From Vicugna vicugna (lineage: Eukaryota), in the NCBI GenBank assembly GCA_013265495.1, contig MU058418.1, positions 1,326,917 to 1,390,916 on the forward strand: a DNA stretch of 64,000 bases, written 5' to 3'. The notes under the pieces were generated by a model. That model had not been told where the DNA came from. It ran no database searches and was given only the letters and a program-made list of their open reading frames with translations. The translations under genes and the position numbers were made by a program. Positions 1 to 13,104 of the stretch are shown here, one piece after another (position 1 is the first letter of the stretch; every line of letters starts with the position of its first letter).

Positions 1-493
1 AGTTGAGAACATTGTCTTAGGAAAATGAGAGATTTTGGCTGTGATACTTATCAACTATTTCAGTAATGACTTTAAGACCTATTTCCACCCTCTCTTCTGT
101 GGGGAGATTACAAGGTGGAGTCTGCTCCCTGGAAGCTCCATGTAAAAAGGAAGGACGCTGTCAAATTGGGATCTAAGTGAACAGTTGGCTTCCAGGACAA
201 GGGCATCATTACTGAGTAAACTGTGTTTAAGTAGGATGTTCTCCTTTCTTTGATGGAAACGAATGTGGTTTCTTAAGAGCTTCCAACTCCCACTTGTTTT
301 TCTAGTCTCCACTGGACCCTAGTTAACTATTTTTGAAGCTTTCAGGAATTGGTAAGAAGAGATGGTGCTATTTCAAGTCATTGCATGAGTCTTGAGATCT
401 GAAACACGTAAACTCACTCTCCCTCTTTTGTGCAACCTAATCTGATGTAGAAATTAGAGGCAGAGGGCTCCACAGCATTCTCATGCATTACAC

Positions 494-669
494 TGATGCT
501 TCTCAAAGCACGGTCTCCACACAGTAGCATCAGCATCACCCAGGAACTTGGAAATTCAGATTCTTGGGCCCACCCTAGACGTACTGACTCAGACACTCTG
601 AACCCAGCAATCTGTGTTGTCACAGGTCTCGGGGTAATTCTGCTGCAAGCTGAAGTTTGAGAACCACTG
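494..669 (+). mobile_element. MER5A (hAT-Charlie MITE)
   Basis: Follows the MER5A consensus as recalled: gcttctcaaag...agcatcagcatcacccaggaactt...gggcccaccctagacgtactgactcaga...gcaatctgtgtt...aagtttgagaaccactg. The right TIR tttgagaaccactg is intact. Confidence 0.9.
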
Positions 670-2484
670 CTTTGAGTCATTTGCTGAGTCTGGAATTCTT
701 CTGGAGGCAGATCAGGAGTGAAAAATCAAGATTCTCATGCCATCCTGACTTCAGAGGCCTGACAGGAGTGGGAAAGATTGAACAGAGAGCTTGCGGTGGT
801 ATCTGTGGAGATGTACCAGAGTCCCCGGCCCTGGAGAATATTCCAGATCCTTGTTGCTGGGTAGCTTTCTGTGCTGTCAGCCCCCCACCCCTGCCCCAGC
901 AATAATAAAGAGTCTGCTCGGGTGCACAGAGGAGGCCAGGGGTTCATCCTGGTGCATGTACTGTGTTCAGGACACTTCTGTTTAGGTCGATTCTTGCTGT
1001 TTTGTGATCTTTCCCCCTTACTTGTTTGTTTTGGTCTTTGGGGAATGTTCCTCGTGTAAGAGCAGCTGCATGGGACAGGGGAGCTGTCGCACTGACTCAT
1101 CCGCAGACGGACGTGGGACGTGTGGGAGAGAGATAAGATTAAAATGTGCTGGGTGTAATCAGTGTGAGAGGGCGAGCGGAGTGAGGGGGAAAGTGGTGCT
1201 GCTTTCACACTGAGGTCAGAGGTGAGGCCATGGTGGGGAGATGCTGTTCCCTTTCTTAACGGAGCAGGGCCTCTCCCACCACGAGGCGGAGCCAGGTGAA
1301 GATCAGAGCAAGTTTCTGCTGCTTGTCAGGGGTGTTGGATTCTGGCGTCCATGCTACAGGGCCTCCTAGGTAGCCGCTGGCTTTGGGAATATAAATAGTG
1401 TGAAGAACAGTGGGTTGCCCAGGTCTTGGAAGTTCATTTCAGGATCTCCTTGCAGCTGCTTCAGATGTTGCCTGAGATTCATCAATACCCTTATGTCTGA
1501 CACATTGAAAAAAAAAAAACAAAACCGAGATTCATGTGGATTACAACTTTTTCTGCTGCTTGTAGTATACCTTTTCCTCCATGAAGCTCTGCCCGAGATG
1601 ACATGGCTTTAGTGCTGAGCTTCAGAGGATCAGTGATCTGGGTTTTCTTCTTGGGAACAGGGAGGGAAGGTGAGTCACTCTCAGATCCACCAAGATTCTT
1701 GAGAAGGATCAAGCAGGCAGGTTCAGGTGTCGGGACATCAGAAGGGTCGTGCAGTGCTGGGGAAAGTGGCCTTGAGAGACTTGATTTGGGGCAGGAGTTG
1801 GAGGAGAGTCCTCAACGTGGTGCCGTTGACACCATGAGCAGCGTTCAGAATTGGACTCCAGGAGAGTGTGCGGGTCTTTTAAGAACAGAAGTCGATCAGA
1901 TGGACCTGGTGGGAGCCTGAGTGCTTGGGACGGTGGGATGCTTTCCAGAGCTGCCACTGCTCACAGGTGAAATGATGCACATCCGTTCACTTCCATTTCA
2001 GTTTTTCTAAAGGATGGACTGCTGCTTGCATGTTTTGGAGGACAAGGTGGAGGGGGGTATGTTGGCAAAAAAAATCTGGCCTTTTAAGGATGGATTTACA
2101 GAGGAGTAAAGTACCTTAAGGAGCAATCAGCCTCAGAAGCAAAAGCCTGCCTGGCAGCCACATAGAGGGATTGGCTCCCAGCCCGAGGTTCTGAGTCCTC
2201 AGTTCCCATGGCCCAGATCTGAAGATGAAAATAAGGGACATAGATCTGCTCAACACCCTTGAAAAATCCTCTCTAGGGGTAGAGGAGGCCTCTGGTTTTG
2301 AGAAGATCCTTGAGCTCTGACTTCTAAAGGAAGATTGTAATTGAAGTTAGAAAACTGTTATCCTCCCCCCTAAAAAAGGCAAAAAAACAATTGTATCTTC
2401 TGCCTGCATCGGTGCAAATCGGTGTGATATGTGCAGTCACAGCCTTAGGTTGACCCATCCTTTCCATGACTGTAATGAAAAGCT

Positions 2485-2630
2485 ATGAATTGAACATCTA
2501 TTATGTGCCAGGTACTGCTGTGGGCTTTAAGCATATTAGCTCTTCTTTGCTGATGGGGAAACTGAGGGACAGAGGGTTACGTGGCTTGCTAAAGGCCACA
2601 CACTTGGTCAGTGATAGAGGTGAGAAACCT
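2485..2630 (-). mobile_element. MIR SINE fragment
   Basis: Antisense MIR/L2-shared tail (tgaacatctattatgtgccaggtactg) plus antisense core (gatggggaaactgagggacagagggttacgtggcttgctaaaggccacaca). Confidence 0.75.
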
Positions 2631-3924
2631 CTATCAGCATGTCTCCGCTGTGACTGAATAAGCTCCCAAATCAACAATTAATCCAAGCTCTAGGGATTTT
2701 GACCTTATAAAACTGCCTGAGACCTCACTGGGCTGTTGCTTCCTACCATATCTCTCATTTTGGTTTAAAAGAGAAAGGAGGGGAGTTTGCACAATCTTCT
2801 GCTAAAATTGAGGCAGATGTGTTATACCTGGCTAGTCAGTCTTTCAGAAACTGGAAGAACAGGTGTGTGTGGTAGTAGACAAGCATTTACAGTGAACAAA
2901 AAAGGCTTTTAAGATTTGTATTCTTGTGAAGTGTAATTATTCTTGAGGATAGGATTCTCCAAACTGCCTGTTTTCTCCAGAGTGCAAAGCAGATGTAAGT
3001 GGTATTTCTTGCACTCCTCACCCACACAGGAAAAAGGAGAAATCACCTTTCTTTCTTTGCTGTTTTGCATATCCCTTTTATTTACTAGCCACTGAAGCAA
3101 GTGCCTACCAGCCGAATTTAGATTAAACATAGGGATCACCCTAAACATCGTGTTTTCCAGGTGTGAGGAGCAGACCCAGGGGCTTGTGACTCATCCTGGT
3201 GAGTGGAAGTGAAGGGGAAGGTGTGCCAAGAAGGCCCCGGTGCCCAGCCCTGTGTGCTAGTGGGAGATGATTTCTCATCCAAAAAGTCACATGGAAGTCT
3301 TTAGATTTACTTGTAAGAACTCAGAAACATTTTTCTTCTCAGTTGTTTGGCTAATAATATTTTTAAAAGAGGTTAGGTTTTTTAAAATGAAAATTTCGCA
3401 TTCTGCATATAAACTTAAAGACCTGAAGGAAAATACATGAGCTGTTTGTAAGATAATGTATTTATCCTATTTAAATTAATACCCTTCAGGTAGATTTTTG
3501 TCCTGTGGATGATGAGTGACTCCTTCAGAAGATGTTAAGAGGTGGAGTTCTTTCTTTTTTGAAGAAGACAGTCTTCAGGGCTGACTATTGATATTTTGTT
3601 TTTTCTTGATTCCTGTATGTAAAGATAGGAAAGTCACATCTGACCCAGAAAAAATAATGCAGTGGGTTAAGCTACCCTTTGATCTATTATTCACAACCTG
3701 TGTTAGGTGTAACTGGCCTCATATCTGCCAGCCCAGCACTCTTGACTCTCAGTACCTAGACCTCCCTTCTCGGCAGCCCCACTTTATGTACTTAACAGTC
3801 CCCTGTCCATCTCAGTGGAACCTGTTACCTTAGGGATTTTCTAGGACAAGGACTGACCTGAGAAACAAATTAATGCTAAGTTGACGATGGAGCCGCTTCT
3901 GAGTTCTGGAACTGAATGCCTTGG

Positions 3925-4010
3925 ATGTTATCTGATTCATCCCTTAATTTTCTGGATGAGGAAATTGAGGATGAGAGATGCAAAGGTGTTTACCTGAAAG
4001 CACACAGGGA
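3925..4010 (-). mobile_element. MIR fragment
   Basis: Antisense MIR core: ttttctggatgaggaaattgaggatgagagatgcaaagg...acctgaaagcacacag. Confidence 0.55.
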
Positions 4011-7000
4011 GGTCACTCTTAATTATGAACTGGCTTGGTGGTCACCATAAACGGTGGTCACCACCGTTTTTACGGAGGATGACCCGGCCTGCCATCTTGT
4101 GAGGGTCTGTGCACATGCTGGTACCTGCCTGGACAGGGTCCTCACTTCAGACAGTCCTGCATCACCCTCCAGGAAGGAACAAGCTGTTCCAGCATGGAGG
4201 CCTTCTGTGGAAATGCACCTGCAGGGGACTTCCTCAGGCAGCCAGGATGCTGCTTATAGACCTCTGCACCTTGAAGAGTGACTTGCCTGGTGGCAGCCCT
4301 ATACTCCAGAGTGATGGGGCCTGAGTTTTCTTAAGCGGTTGTAACTTGGAGGCTTTTGACTTTAGGAAGGAGTTACACTGCATGTAATGTTTCCAAGACT
4401 TGGCTACTTTGTGCCAGAGGAGCCGGCGCAGTTAGCTGAATCAGTGGCTTTAATTGGCAGCGATTTGCTGGGAAGGAAATTTGTGGTTCCATCAGTCCTA
4501 ATGCTGGGCAGCCCCTGTATTACATACTTTTGGGTAGGCTTAGATATCTTTTGTTGGGAATTAAGCCCCCCATACAGCTTTCTGTAACTATTAAAGTCTG
4601 ATAATGCTGAGCTCTTTTGTAGGCATTGGAGAAATTTGGTAGTCTTTGGAACAAGCACTTTCTTTGGCTTTGGCATTGAGAGCAAAAAGTGCCCCTTTTT
4701 GTCACTTTTAATGTTACCAGGAGCTTTTAGACTTAGTACTGACTATTGACAGCTTGGTGGCAAATGGGATTTCTAATGCTGTGGTGAGTTATCTATATGA
4801 GCCTTAAAAGTGAACTAAAAATACAGCAAATTATCTGAATAAAACTCTTGTGAACAAAGTTTTTTTGGCCACATAAATTGTAGAAAGTTCTGGTCCCTCC
4901 CCAGCGGGTTGGCGGCCTTGGTGCTGGCTTTTATAGCTTCGACCAGGGTCTGGGCCTAACCCCGGGGCTCACATGGCACAGCCATTTGGGGACAGGGCAT
5001 GGAAATGTGTTGCCTGAGTCCCAGCCATGATTACTCATTAATGTGCTTTCATTCAGCCAACGTGGTGATGCGTGGAAGACCACGATGGTTGTAGAAGTGG
5101 GCATTGCTTCTGAGTGTTCGGTGTATTGAGTAATAGTGATGTGCACAGAAAGTCACACCGCTTCTTGGGCAACTGCACTCAGGAAGGCTCCTGTGGACCC
5201 AGAGTCTATCTCACCTGGAAAGAAAGGCAATCTTGCTGAGCTGTGCATCCTGGCGTGTATTTCTGCCCATCCATCGTTATTTTCACCTCTGATAATGAAA
5301 ATTCTGACCATGCAGCATGTTGTTGGAGCTCATTTTCTGTTGCTGATAAAAGTATTACAGTAATCAAAGAATTCCTTGCAGAACTTTTGCAACCCTCAAG
5401 GAAAAGTGATAAAACACAGACCCTGCTTGATAGATTGCAGGGAACAGGGAGGAAGGAGTTGTCCTTCCTTTCATTTCAGCTCAGCTGTTTGTTTGTGTAG
5501 CTGTGAAAGAACACTGAGTCTGCTTTTTGTAAAGGAGATAAGTTGGCTCATCCCTAACACGCGGAGTGTTGGGTGGATTAATGAGTGGAAGGCACATGAT
5601 AATATGTGGCACTTATGCTGTCTTCTGATGATTTCACCTACAATCTTGCCATCTGGAAACATGTATTTCCCTAGGATGCAGAGCCAATTTTGGATAAAAC
5701 TGAGTCCAATGTGTACTTAAAAGTGGTTTAGATTTTCATTTGGCTAAAACCTAGGGGGCTGTAGACTAATAGAATAATAATGATAGCTCTTCCTAAGAAG
5801 CCCTGAAAAGCCTGAGAAGCACTCTGATAGGAGGTGAAAGGCAGGAATCTTCTATTTCACGGTGATGAAATTGAAACATGTTAGCCTGCACAGGGTCAGA
5901 GAGCTTTCCCTTTGGAAATGAGAAGCTGGATTCATGATTCCTATGGCTTTGGCTCTTGATTTGCCACTAAGCATTGCTGTCTCCAAAGACTCCAAACCAT
6001 GAAGAATCTTTGCCGTCTTATTTCCCTAGCCCCTGGGGAGCAGGGGTTTTCCACATGGAGTTTGAATTCTGCTGAAGGTGCCTAAATCCAAGCTTGATAG
6101 ATCTCAAACTGGATCAGGGCTCACAGGCCCCTCGGCCTGGGATCCGGCTGTGAACTGGTGAGTTTGGAGCCCAGCTGGCAGTGCATTTGTGGCTCCTTCG
6201 TTCTTCAGGAGGGCCCTCTGCATGTCTCAGCACTTGAGTAGAATGAGGCTGGGCTCTCTTCCCCGAGACAGTGCAGAGCCTCTGCAAGGTGGGCCAGGTA
6301 TCCTGCTCTGATTTAGAGGTGCCTTTTACCTCCCGTTAGAGTGCTTCTAAGGATGACATAGGAAAAGCTCTCATTATTATCATTTTTTTTTAACCTACAG
6401 TCTCCTTGATTTTAGCCCAGTGAAAGTCCAAACCACGTTAAATACACATTGGACACAGTATCATCTCAAATTGGCTTCACAGCATGGTGGGGTGTGCTGT
6501 CCCAGGCCTCTGTGCCCCTCGTTCTGGCTGCTGCCCTCACACATCCTGTAAGGTGCATGGGGGAGAAGTGGAGGTACAGGCCTGGGTTTGCTTCCACCTC
6601 ATTCCCATCCCACATTCTTAGCTGGCTCTTTGCTTTATTATTGCATCTAAAACCCGACGTAGGTCTGCCACTCCTGGGTGGGCTCAAGCCTGCAGGAAAG
6701 CAAAGACCACCTTTCCCTGAAGGTGTTCATTTCCGATTTCAGTTTGTTCCTGCTCCTCTTGTAATTCAGTGGCAACTTGAAAAGACATATACAGCATGAC
6801 AGGATGGAACCTGAGGGTAAAGGACAGTATAGTACTTGACAAGTGCTAAAGTCAGGCCACAGATTTGGCTCTTGAGTTTCACAGCAGCTGAAGCGAAAAG
6901 GGACGTAAGATCAGCTTCCAAATTTGTACTTGTCTTTAAATAAAAACAGATGGGTTTCCACAGAAGAAGCACAGCTTTTTCTGTTACTGAGGAACTCTCT

Positions 7001-7569
7001 TAGGATGTCATAAAGAGAACACTGATCTAATAGGTGACATTCTCCCATTGGAAACTTGATTCTCCAAGGTAATGAAGCAAGCCATTTGTTTGAGTGTTCT
7101 TTCCTCACTGGTGTATTTATGTCCATCTATCTAGCCTTGTAAATCCTTTGCTGACATACCAGGAGTTGGGTTTGGTGTGCGTGGCTTCAGACTTAGGGAG
7201 TGACAGGGACTTAGAGACGAAGCAGTAGGGATCAGGTTCTTTGGGAAAGTTCTCGGAGCAGCCTGGGGAGGAAACTGAGGCTGGCAGGGAGACAGAATGA
7301 GATGAGGTGGGCTAAAGGCAAAAGTCTTGGTTTAAGGAATTGCCTCTTCCAAGAAGTCACAGGGACTGAGCAGGAGGGAAACAGCAGGGAACAGTGGGAG
7401 TTGGGCACACGTGCATTGGTGGAGTCCAGCCTCCCCCAGGACTCGGGGTGTGAGACTGGATTGGTTGTTGTGACGCAGGCCTCAGAGAAGGGCCAGCGAG
7501 TCAGCAAGGAAAGTGTGATAAGGTTTATTGAGCACCACGTCACGATAAACCTAAAAGTAAAGATGATTC

Positions 7570-7700
7570 CTTTTTTAGTTGCTGAAGAAACGGAAGCTCA
7601 GAGCTGGGCTGGGCCCCAGATCGGTTCAGTGGGTGTTTGGTGCACCCAGTGGACCAAGCTCACCCAGCTCCTGGGCGGCAGAGTGAGGGCAGACCCAGTC
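7570..7700 (-). mobile_element. MIR fragment (degenerate)
   Basis: gaagaaacggaagctcagag...ccaagctcacccagct...ggcagag...agacccagtctg resembles antisense MIR. Confidence 0.45.
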
Positions 7701-9724
7701 TGCCCGCTCTACCTCCTGGTTCCCCTTCCTCTATCAGAGGGAGCCCTGTTACTTCGAAAGATTGCTCAGGGTTGGAATAAGCCTCCAGGCAACAGGTGAA
7801 GGGATCCTGACACTGCTGCTCTCTGGGCAGAGTTGGTTCTGGAGCTGCTCAAGGGTGTGCGATGGTTCCACGGAAGGGCATGAGCCTGGGGATTGATGGG
7901 AGTGGGGTGTCAGGCAGCACTGGGAGCTTTGTGTGCCCGCTGGTGGTACATACATTCTACCAATTCATACAAAAATGTATCCGTGTACACACACACCCCA
8001 GTGCCACAGTTTGCCTTTGAAGTGAGAGCTGGGGCTCAGTACTTGCTTGGTTCTTCTCCCCTCCGTTTTAGGCCAGTCCATGTTTCTGCAAACAGACTAG
8101 GCATTGTTTAAAGTACAATGTACTCTCCTGCTTTTGCATTGTCATCAGAAACCCTTGACGAAATGTTTAGTTTCTCTTTGAGGTTATCGGTACTTAGTCA
8201 ATTTGCCTGATGGTACATTTGGTTCTGGAACCTGGAACTTTCCTTTTGCCCACCTGTGTTGCTTTAATTCAGTCATAGGACACAGAACTATTTTTACAGA
8301 AAACTTAGGGATTCCTGCACTTTGAGATGACTCAGACCAGTGTTTCCAAACTAGTAATATTAACTGGGACAACATGCTGGAGAAGGGCTTCCCTCTCTCC
8401 TCCCTGCTGCAGCTTCTCACTGGTGTAGCTATTTGTCCTGTTATCCTGTTTGCAGAAAGGCCAGAGGGACCCGCTTCCTAAGTGTAAATTTCCATTTAAA
8501 AGTGCAGATATTTTTTAAGGCTACTTTAACAGAGTCAAAAGCTCTCAAGTCCTTGTGACAATCTGCTAACCAGTTGCATCGCTTGTGACCTCATTTAAGA
8601 ATGTATTTTATTTCACCATCTTTAAATTGGTAAACTCAACAAAGGTAGAGATGATAGGTATGAGTTGATTTTTAAGTAGTTAAATTGCTTTTGAACTGTT
8701 CTCTAATATATTTTAAAATACTCCATTCGTGCTTTTTTCTGCACTTGTGCTTACTCTTTTTGCGAGTGTGCTGATTCATTGGCATGACCATGGACTGATA
8801 CCATATTATTTTTTAAGCTAAACTATATGAAAACTTAAGATTTACCAAAGGAGAGATAACTGAAGTTGTTGTACAATTACATTTCTTTAATTAACCATTT
8901 CATTAAAAAAATCAGATTTCAGAAATGCAGTTATAGTCAGCTTTACAAGAATGCATTTGTTATATGAACAGAAATGTGTGTGTGGAGTCAGACCCAGCTC
9001 CCCCTCCCTCTGGTCAGCACTGCTGCTACTTTATACCTCCCAGCCTCCCCCTTCCCCCTCCCCAAAGGGCAGGGGCAAAGAAGAAACTTAGGACAGGACA
9101 CCCTGATACAGTCTTTGTAGTGAGTGAAGATGCAGTGTCCTGTTGGCCGGAAGGCAGTGGTCTGGGCTGGAGAAGCAGAAAACAGCTTGAAGGTGCCTTG
9201 CCCTCACACTCGGAGCCTCCGCAGGATGCCTTCTGCCCTGTTGGAATTATTTTTCTGCAACTCAGTGAAAGCAAGAAAGATAGTTTGCTCTGGTGCTACT
9301 GGAAAACAGAAAAGCTTGAAGGAATGCTGATAGTTGTTGGTGGAAAGTCATGACTGTATCTTAGTTCCTTTAATATGCATTAGGTAAACAGTGTTGTAGG
9401 GTCTGCAGTAGGACATTAAAAAATTGACATCCCTGAGGATCTTCCCTAAGACAAAATGGGAAAGCCCTGTTTTTGGTCTGGTAGGGTTGGGGTAGTTTGA
9501 TCCAGCCATGTTCTGAGAAGGGGTGGCACCCCGCATGGTGCTTGGGCATGACTCCTGTGGGCCATTCCACACGTAGCTGTTTGCTGTGTTCCAGCTTTGC
9601 TGAACTTCTTCAGAAAATTACTGTTTTTGAAAAAGGAAAACCTAGTGGTGGAGAGAAATACAGGCTGTACTTAAACTGGCCTTTGTAATTTTTCCTGGGC
9701 ACATGCAGCCCACATTTTGGAGCT

Positions 9725-9910
9725 CCTTGACGTAAGTCCCCCAGCCTGGGCGTCGGGACTCTTGACCTGGCCGGGCCTTGGCCGCCCTGGGCCACACGGG
9801 TGCAGGCATAAGTCGGGTCCTTGTTTACTTCCTCCCCGGTGCTGGGGACATCAAGTACTAAGCAGGACTGCGGCCCGCGCTGCGCGAGTGCTCCTGCCAG
9901 CACGCTCAGC
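9725..9910. promoter_or_regulatory. CpG-retaining GC-rich patch, candidate regulatory element
   Basis: About 13 CpGs in ~190 bp, TGACGTAA (CRE/ATF-like) near 9729, and forkhead TGTTTAC (9822-28) abutting an ETS core TTCC. Too short for a CpG island. Confidence 0.3.
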
Positions 9911-10814
9911 CCTGCCATTCCTGACTGTCTTGGAAAGCACTGCATCCATGGGGCAGGCTTTTGTTCTTCGAGTGCAGCTTTCTTCCCTCTTTAAGATTCC
10001 AGAGCAGACCTGCAGGCCCCCTCCCCTGCAGTCTAGCCGCTGTTAACCTTCAGAGTGGGAGGAGGAGTCAGGCCGGGAGTGGATCTAGCTGGAGCGGATG
10101 TCTGGCTCTACGTAGAGCATTGGATCCTGCGACTAACATTTGGGAAAGCAGTGCTTTCTTTAGATGCTTATGGGAAAGTTAAGGGGCTTTTGAATTATAC
10201 AGTGTTGCCTAATGTGGATTCTCAGACACAACCTTCTAATTGCAAGTATATTAAAAAAAAAACTGTTTCATACTGAGTATTTGGCTAGTTTAAGTGATCC
10301 TTTGCAATTTCATGAATAATCAAAACACAAAAAGTGTGTTGCCCAGGATGAAACTGTTGCAAAATCAAGTGGTTCTTTTTCCCTGCAAGGAAACTTTTCA
10401 TCTAGCGATTTACTCTTAATCAAAGGAGACCATCTTTCATACAGTAAATCATAATAAAAACCCTTATACATTAGTATTCAGACAAAAACAGGCACAAGGA
10501 TATAAAGTTAAACATGAAGACTGCAACTCATTAAAAGGATTTGACGTAAATCCTTTTTAAAAAAAATTGAGGGATAATGCTCTAATTAGAGGAAAGGAAA
10601 GAGGTAACAGACAGACAAGATAAAAGCACTTATTTACAGACTATAATAGCCAAGAATTATGAGTGGAGACTTGAGGCTGATGTTTCTGTCAGAATTTTGG
10701 ATGCCACGTTCACAAATTCTGTTATGGTTCAAAAAATGTGCAGCTTTGCTCATTTTAGTCTTGGCATTATTGCTCTTTTGTGAAACTCATACTGCTGCTT
10801 TCAGACTGGAGAGA

Positions 10815-10945
10815 GTATTAGAGCTCATTTAGGCCAGCCTCCTCATTCGATGGAAGAAACTGAGGCCCAGAACTTGGTGGTGGGTACAGAGCACCCAGCT
10901 AGTTGGTTAGGCAGAGTGGTCCGAAAACTGTCTTCTCACTCTATA
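10815..10945 (-). mobile_element. MIR fragment
   Basis: cctcattcgatggaagaaactgaggcccaga...cacccagctagttgg...ggcagag matches the antisense MIR core. Confidence 0.65.
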
Positions 10946-11819
10946 CCTCGCCTTTCCTTAAGAAAATGTTACTGCCTGCCTTGGTGACTGTTTTAAAGAC
11001 CTGCCTGGGGCATGGGTAGGGAATAAGAGATGGGGGCAAAGGAATTTCCTTTTGCCTCTGGGATGCTGGAGTTTATTGTTCACAGCCCAGGTGTGGCTGG
11101 GACTCCTTGGGAGCTCTCCCAGAACCTCTATTTTCATGTTTGTATCCAACAATGGGGGGTAAGTTTGGTCCATTTACGTTCAGGATAACCATCCCTGTTG
11201 TAGCTAGGCAACCATCCTGAAGCTAAGTACCATGTGAGGATGTACTTTATATCTGTTAGAAACAGTGTTTCCCAAACTGTATTCCCTTGGAAACAGTTGA
11301 ACAAAATTTAAGTTGCATGTTTATTTTCTTTTCTAAATAAGACTTCTGGGGGCAATCCTGTCACATCCTTTTGGTGGTAAAGTAACTCAGACGTCAGCAT
11401 GAAACCCCAAATTTGGACTAATCAGGCAAAAGCAGAAGGATGAGAATAAAGTTAAACGTAGCCCTGAAGTTCATTTTTGGGTCAGGCATTCAGGAAGCAG
11501 CACATGAAATTTTGCTTGGATACAGTTTCCTTGTAGTTCCTCAGCAGCTTGAAATAACATCTTGTGCTGGCGATAAACAAAAATCTCAGGTTGTCTGCCC
11601 CCCCCCCCATCTTAATGAACAAGTTATTGTATAGGGAGGTGAAAAACAAAACTTTGTGTTCCTGAAGCCAAAGGTTTTTGAGAGCTGTACTTTATACAGT
11701 TACTTATAGGTTCCAGTTACTTTGAAAGAAAGAAAGAATGGTATTCTTTAAAAGGTTTTATGTATATGTTTTGAAGTTAACCGTTGCTGCCTTTTTATTT
11801 TAAAAAAGTTTGGAAAATT

Positions 11820-12198
11820 GTGGTAGCTCAGTACAAAGGAAGTACTACTCAGCAATAAAGAGGAACAGTCACTGATACAAAACATGAGTGACTCTCAAAA
11901 CATGCAGAAGGTACATACTGTTTGATTTCATTTATATGAAGTTTTAGAAAAAGTCAAACTAACTTATGGTGATAGAAAGCAGATCAGTGGTTACCAGGGG
12001 TTGTGGATGGGTATGGGGGTGGGAGGAGACTGACTGCAAAAGGGGCATAGGGAACTTTTTGGGGAGATGAAATTTTCCGTAGCTTTATGGTAGTGGTTAC
12101 ATGGGTGTATACACTTGCCAAAATTCATCTAACTGTATGCAGAAAATGGGTGCATTTTTTGGTGTGTAAATTTAACTTCAATAAAGTTGATTTAAAAA
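11820..12198 (+). mobile_element. Ancient L1 (L1MB/L1MC/L1ME-type) 3' end
   Basis: Typical L1M 3'UTR motifs: tactactcagcaataaagaggaac, tttcatttatatgaagttttagaaaa, gtgatagaaagcagatcagtggttaccagggg, gtggttacatgggtgtatac, ending in caataaagttgatttaaaaa. Confidence 0.85.
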
Positions 12199-12973
12199 GG
12201 AAAGTTTAGAAAAGACTATGATTGGAATGTCTTTGTGCAGCTTTAAGAATGAACTGTGCATTTTGGCCAGTCCTTCCGCACTGTAAGCCTGGCCTCTGCG
12301 TTCACAGCTCTTCAGTTAGTCCTGTGTTCACAATTACTCAGGAGTCTACCCAGCTCTTCTACCTTCCTCCTCTTTTTGTGATTGGAGTTGTAGAAATTCT
12401 TTCCTTTCAGGAACTTACAGTCCTTGCTAGTAGTAACCAAGAATGTGGTTTAAACTCACCTGGAGTTATTTTTCAAGCTGGGGACTCTGTAAGCACTGGT
12501 TGTTTTCTGGAATGGGAGTGTGGTGGAATCGTGAGCATCTGTCGTGGGAAGAGGGTGTGTGTCCTGCCTGGTTCCTCACACCTGTCTAAGCTTCTGTGTG
12601 CATACTAAAAGAGAGTGTCACGGATTTTGCTTCTGGTGTTTGTGTGCCACAGCTGGGGCCTAGAGTTGTACGCGTGTTGTGGTTTCAGAGTCTCTGAGAA
12701 GCCATTTGCTGAGAGGACGCAGAGGCTGGTTGGTGCTGGTGGGAAAGGGAGGAGGACGGGTCTTAGTGCTTTCATTGCCCTCCAAGCTTTAATCTCAATC
12801 TCAGCACCAAGTTTCAGAAAGGGCATTTTTCTAGTGTGTCCACTGAGAAATGGATGCATGCTTAGGAATGTATAATTTATTGGGTGATTTGAACATCTTG
12901 GTATTGGGAACATTGTTGAGTGTTTGTTTTTCAAGTTCAAGTCCTCCATGTATAATCAAAGTTAGGCTCTGAG

Positions 12974-13104
12974 NNNNNNNNNNNNNNNNNNNNNNNNNNN
13001 NNNNNNNNNNNNNNNNNNNNNNNNNNNNNNNNNNNNNNNNNNNNNNNNNNNNNNNNNNNNNNNNNNNNNNNNNNNNNNNNNNNNNNNNNNNNNNNNNNNN
13101 NNNN
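12974..13104. other. Assembly gap / masked block (131 N)
   Basis: Run of N counted directly. Confidence 0.98.

Noticed and set aside
1661-1669. 9-nt microexon look-alike (cag|GGAGGGAAG|gtgagt)
   Set aside because: Strong donor, but the acceptor has purines (gggaacag) directly upstream. The donor overlaps an AP-1 motif and is likely chance.
11264-11300. hAT-like terminus / small hairpin cagtgtttcc...ggaaacagtt
   Set aside because: It resembles a Charlie-type TIR start, but I could not find the partner TIR or assign a body.
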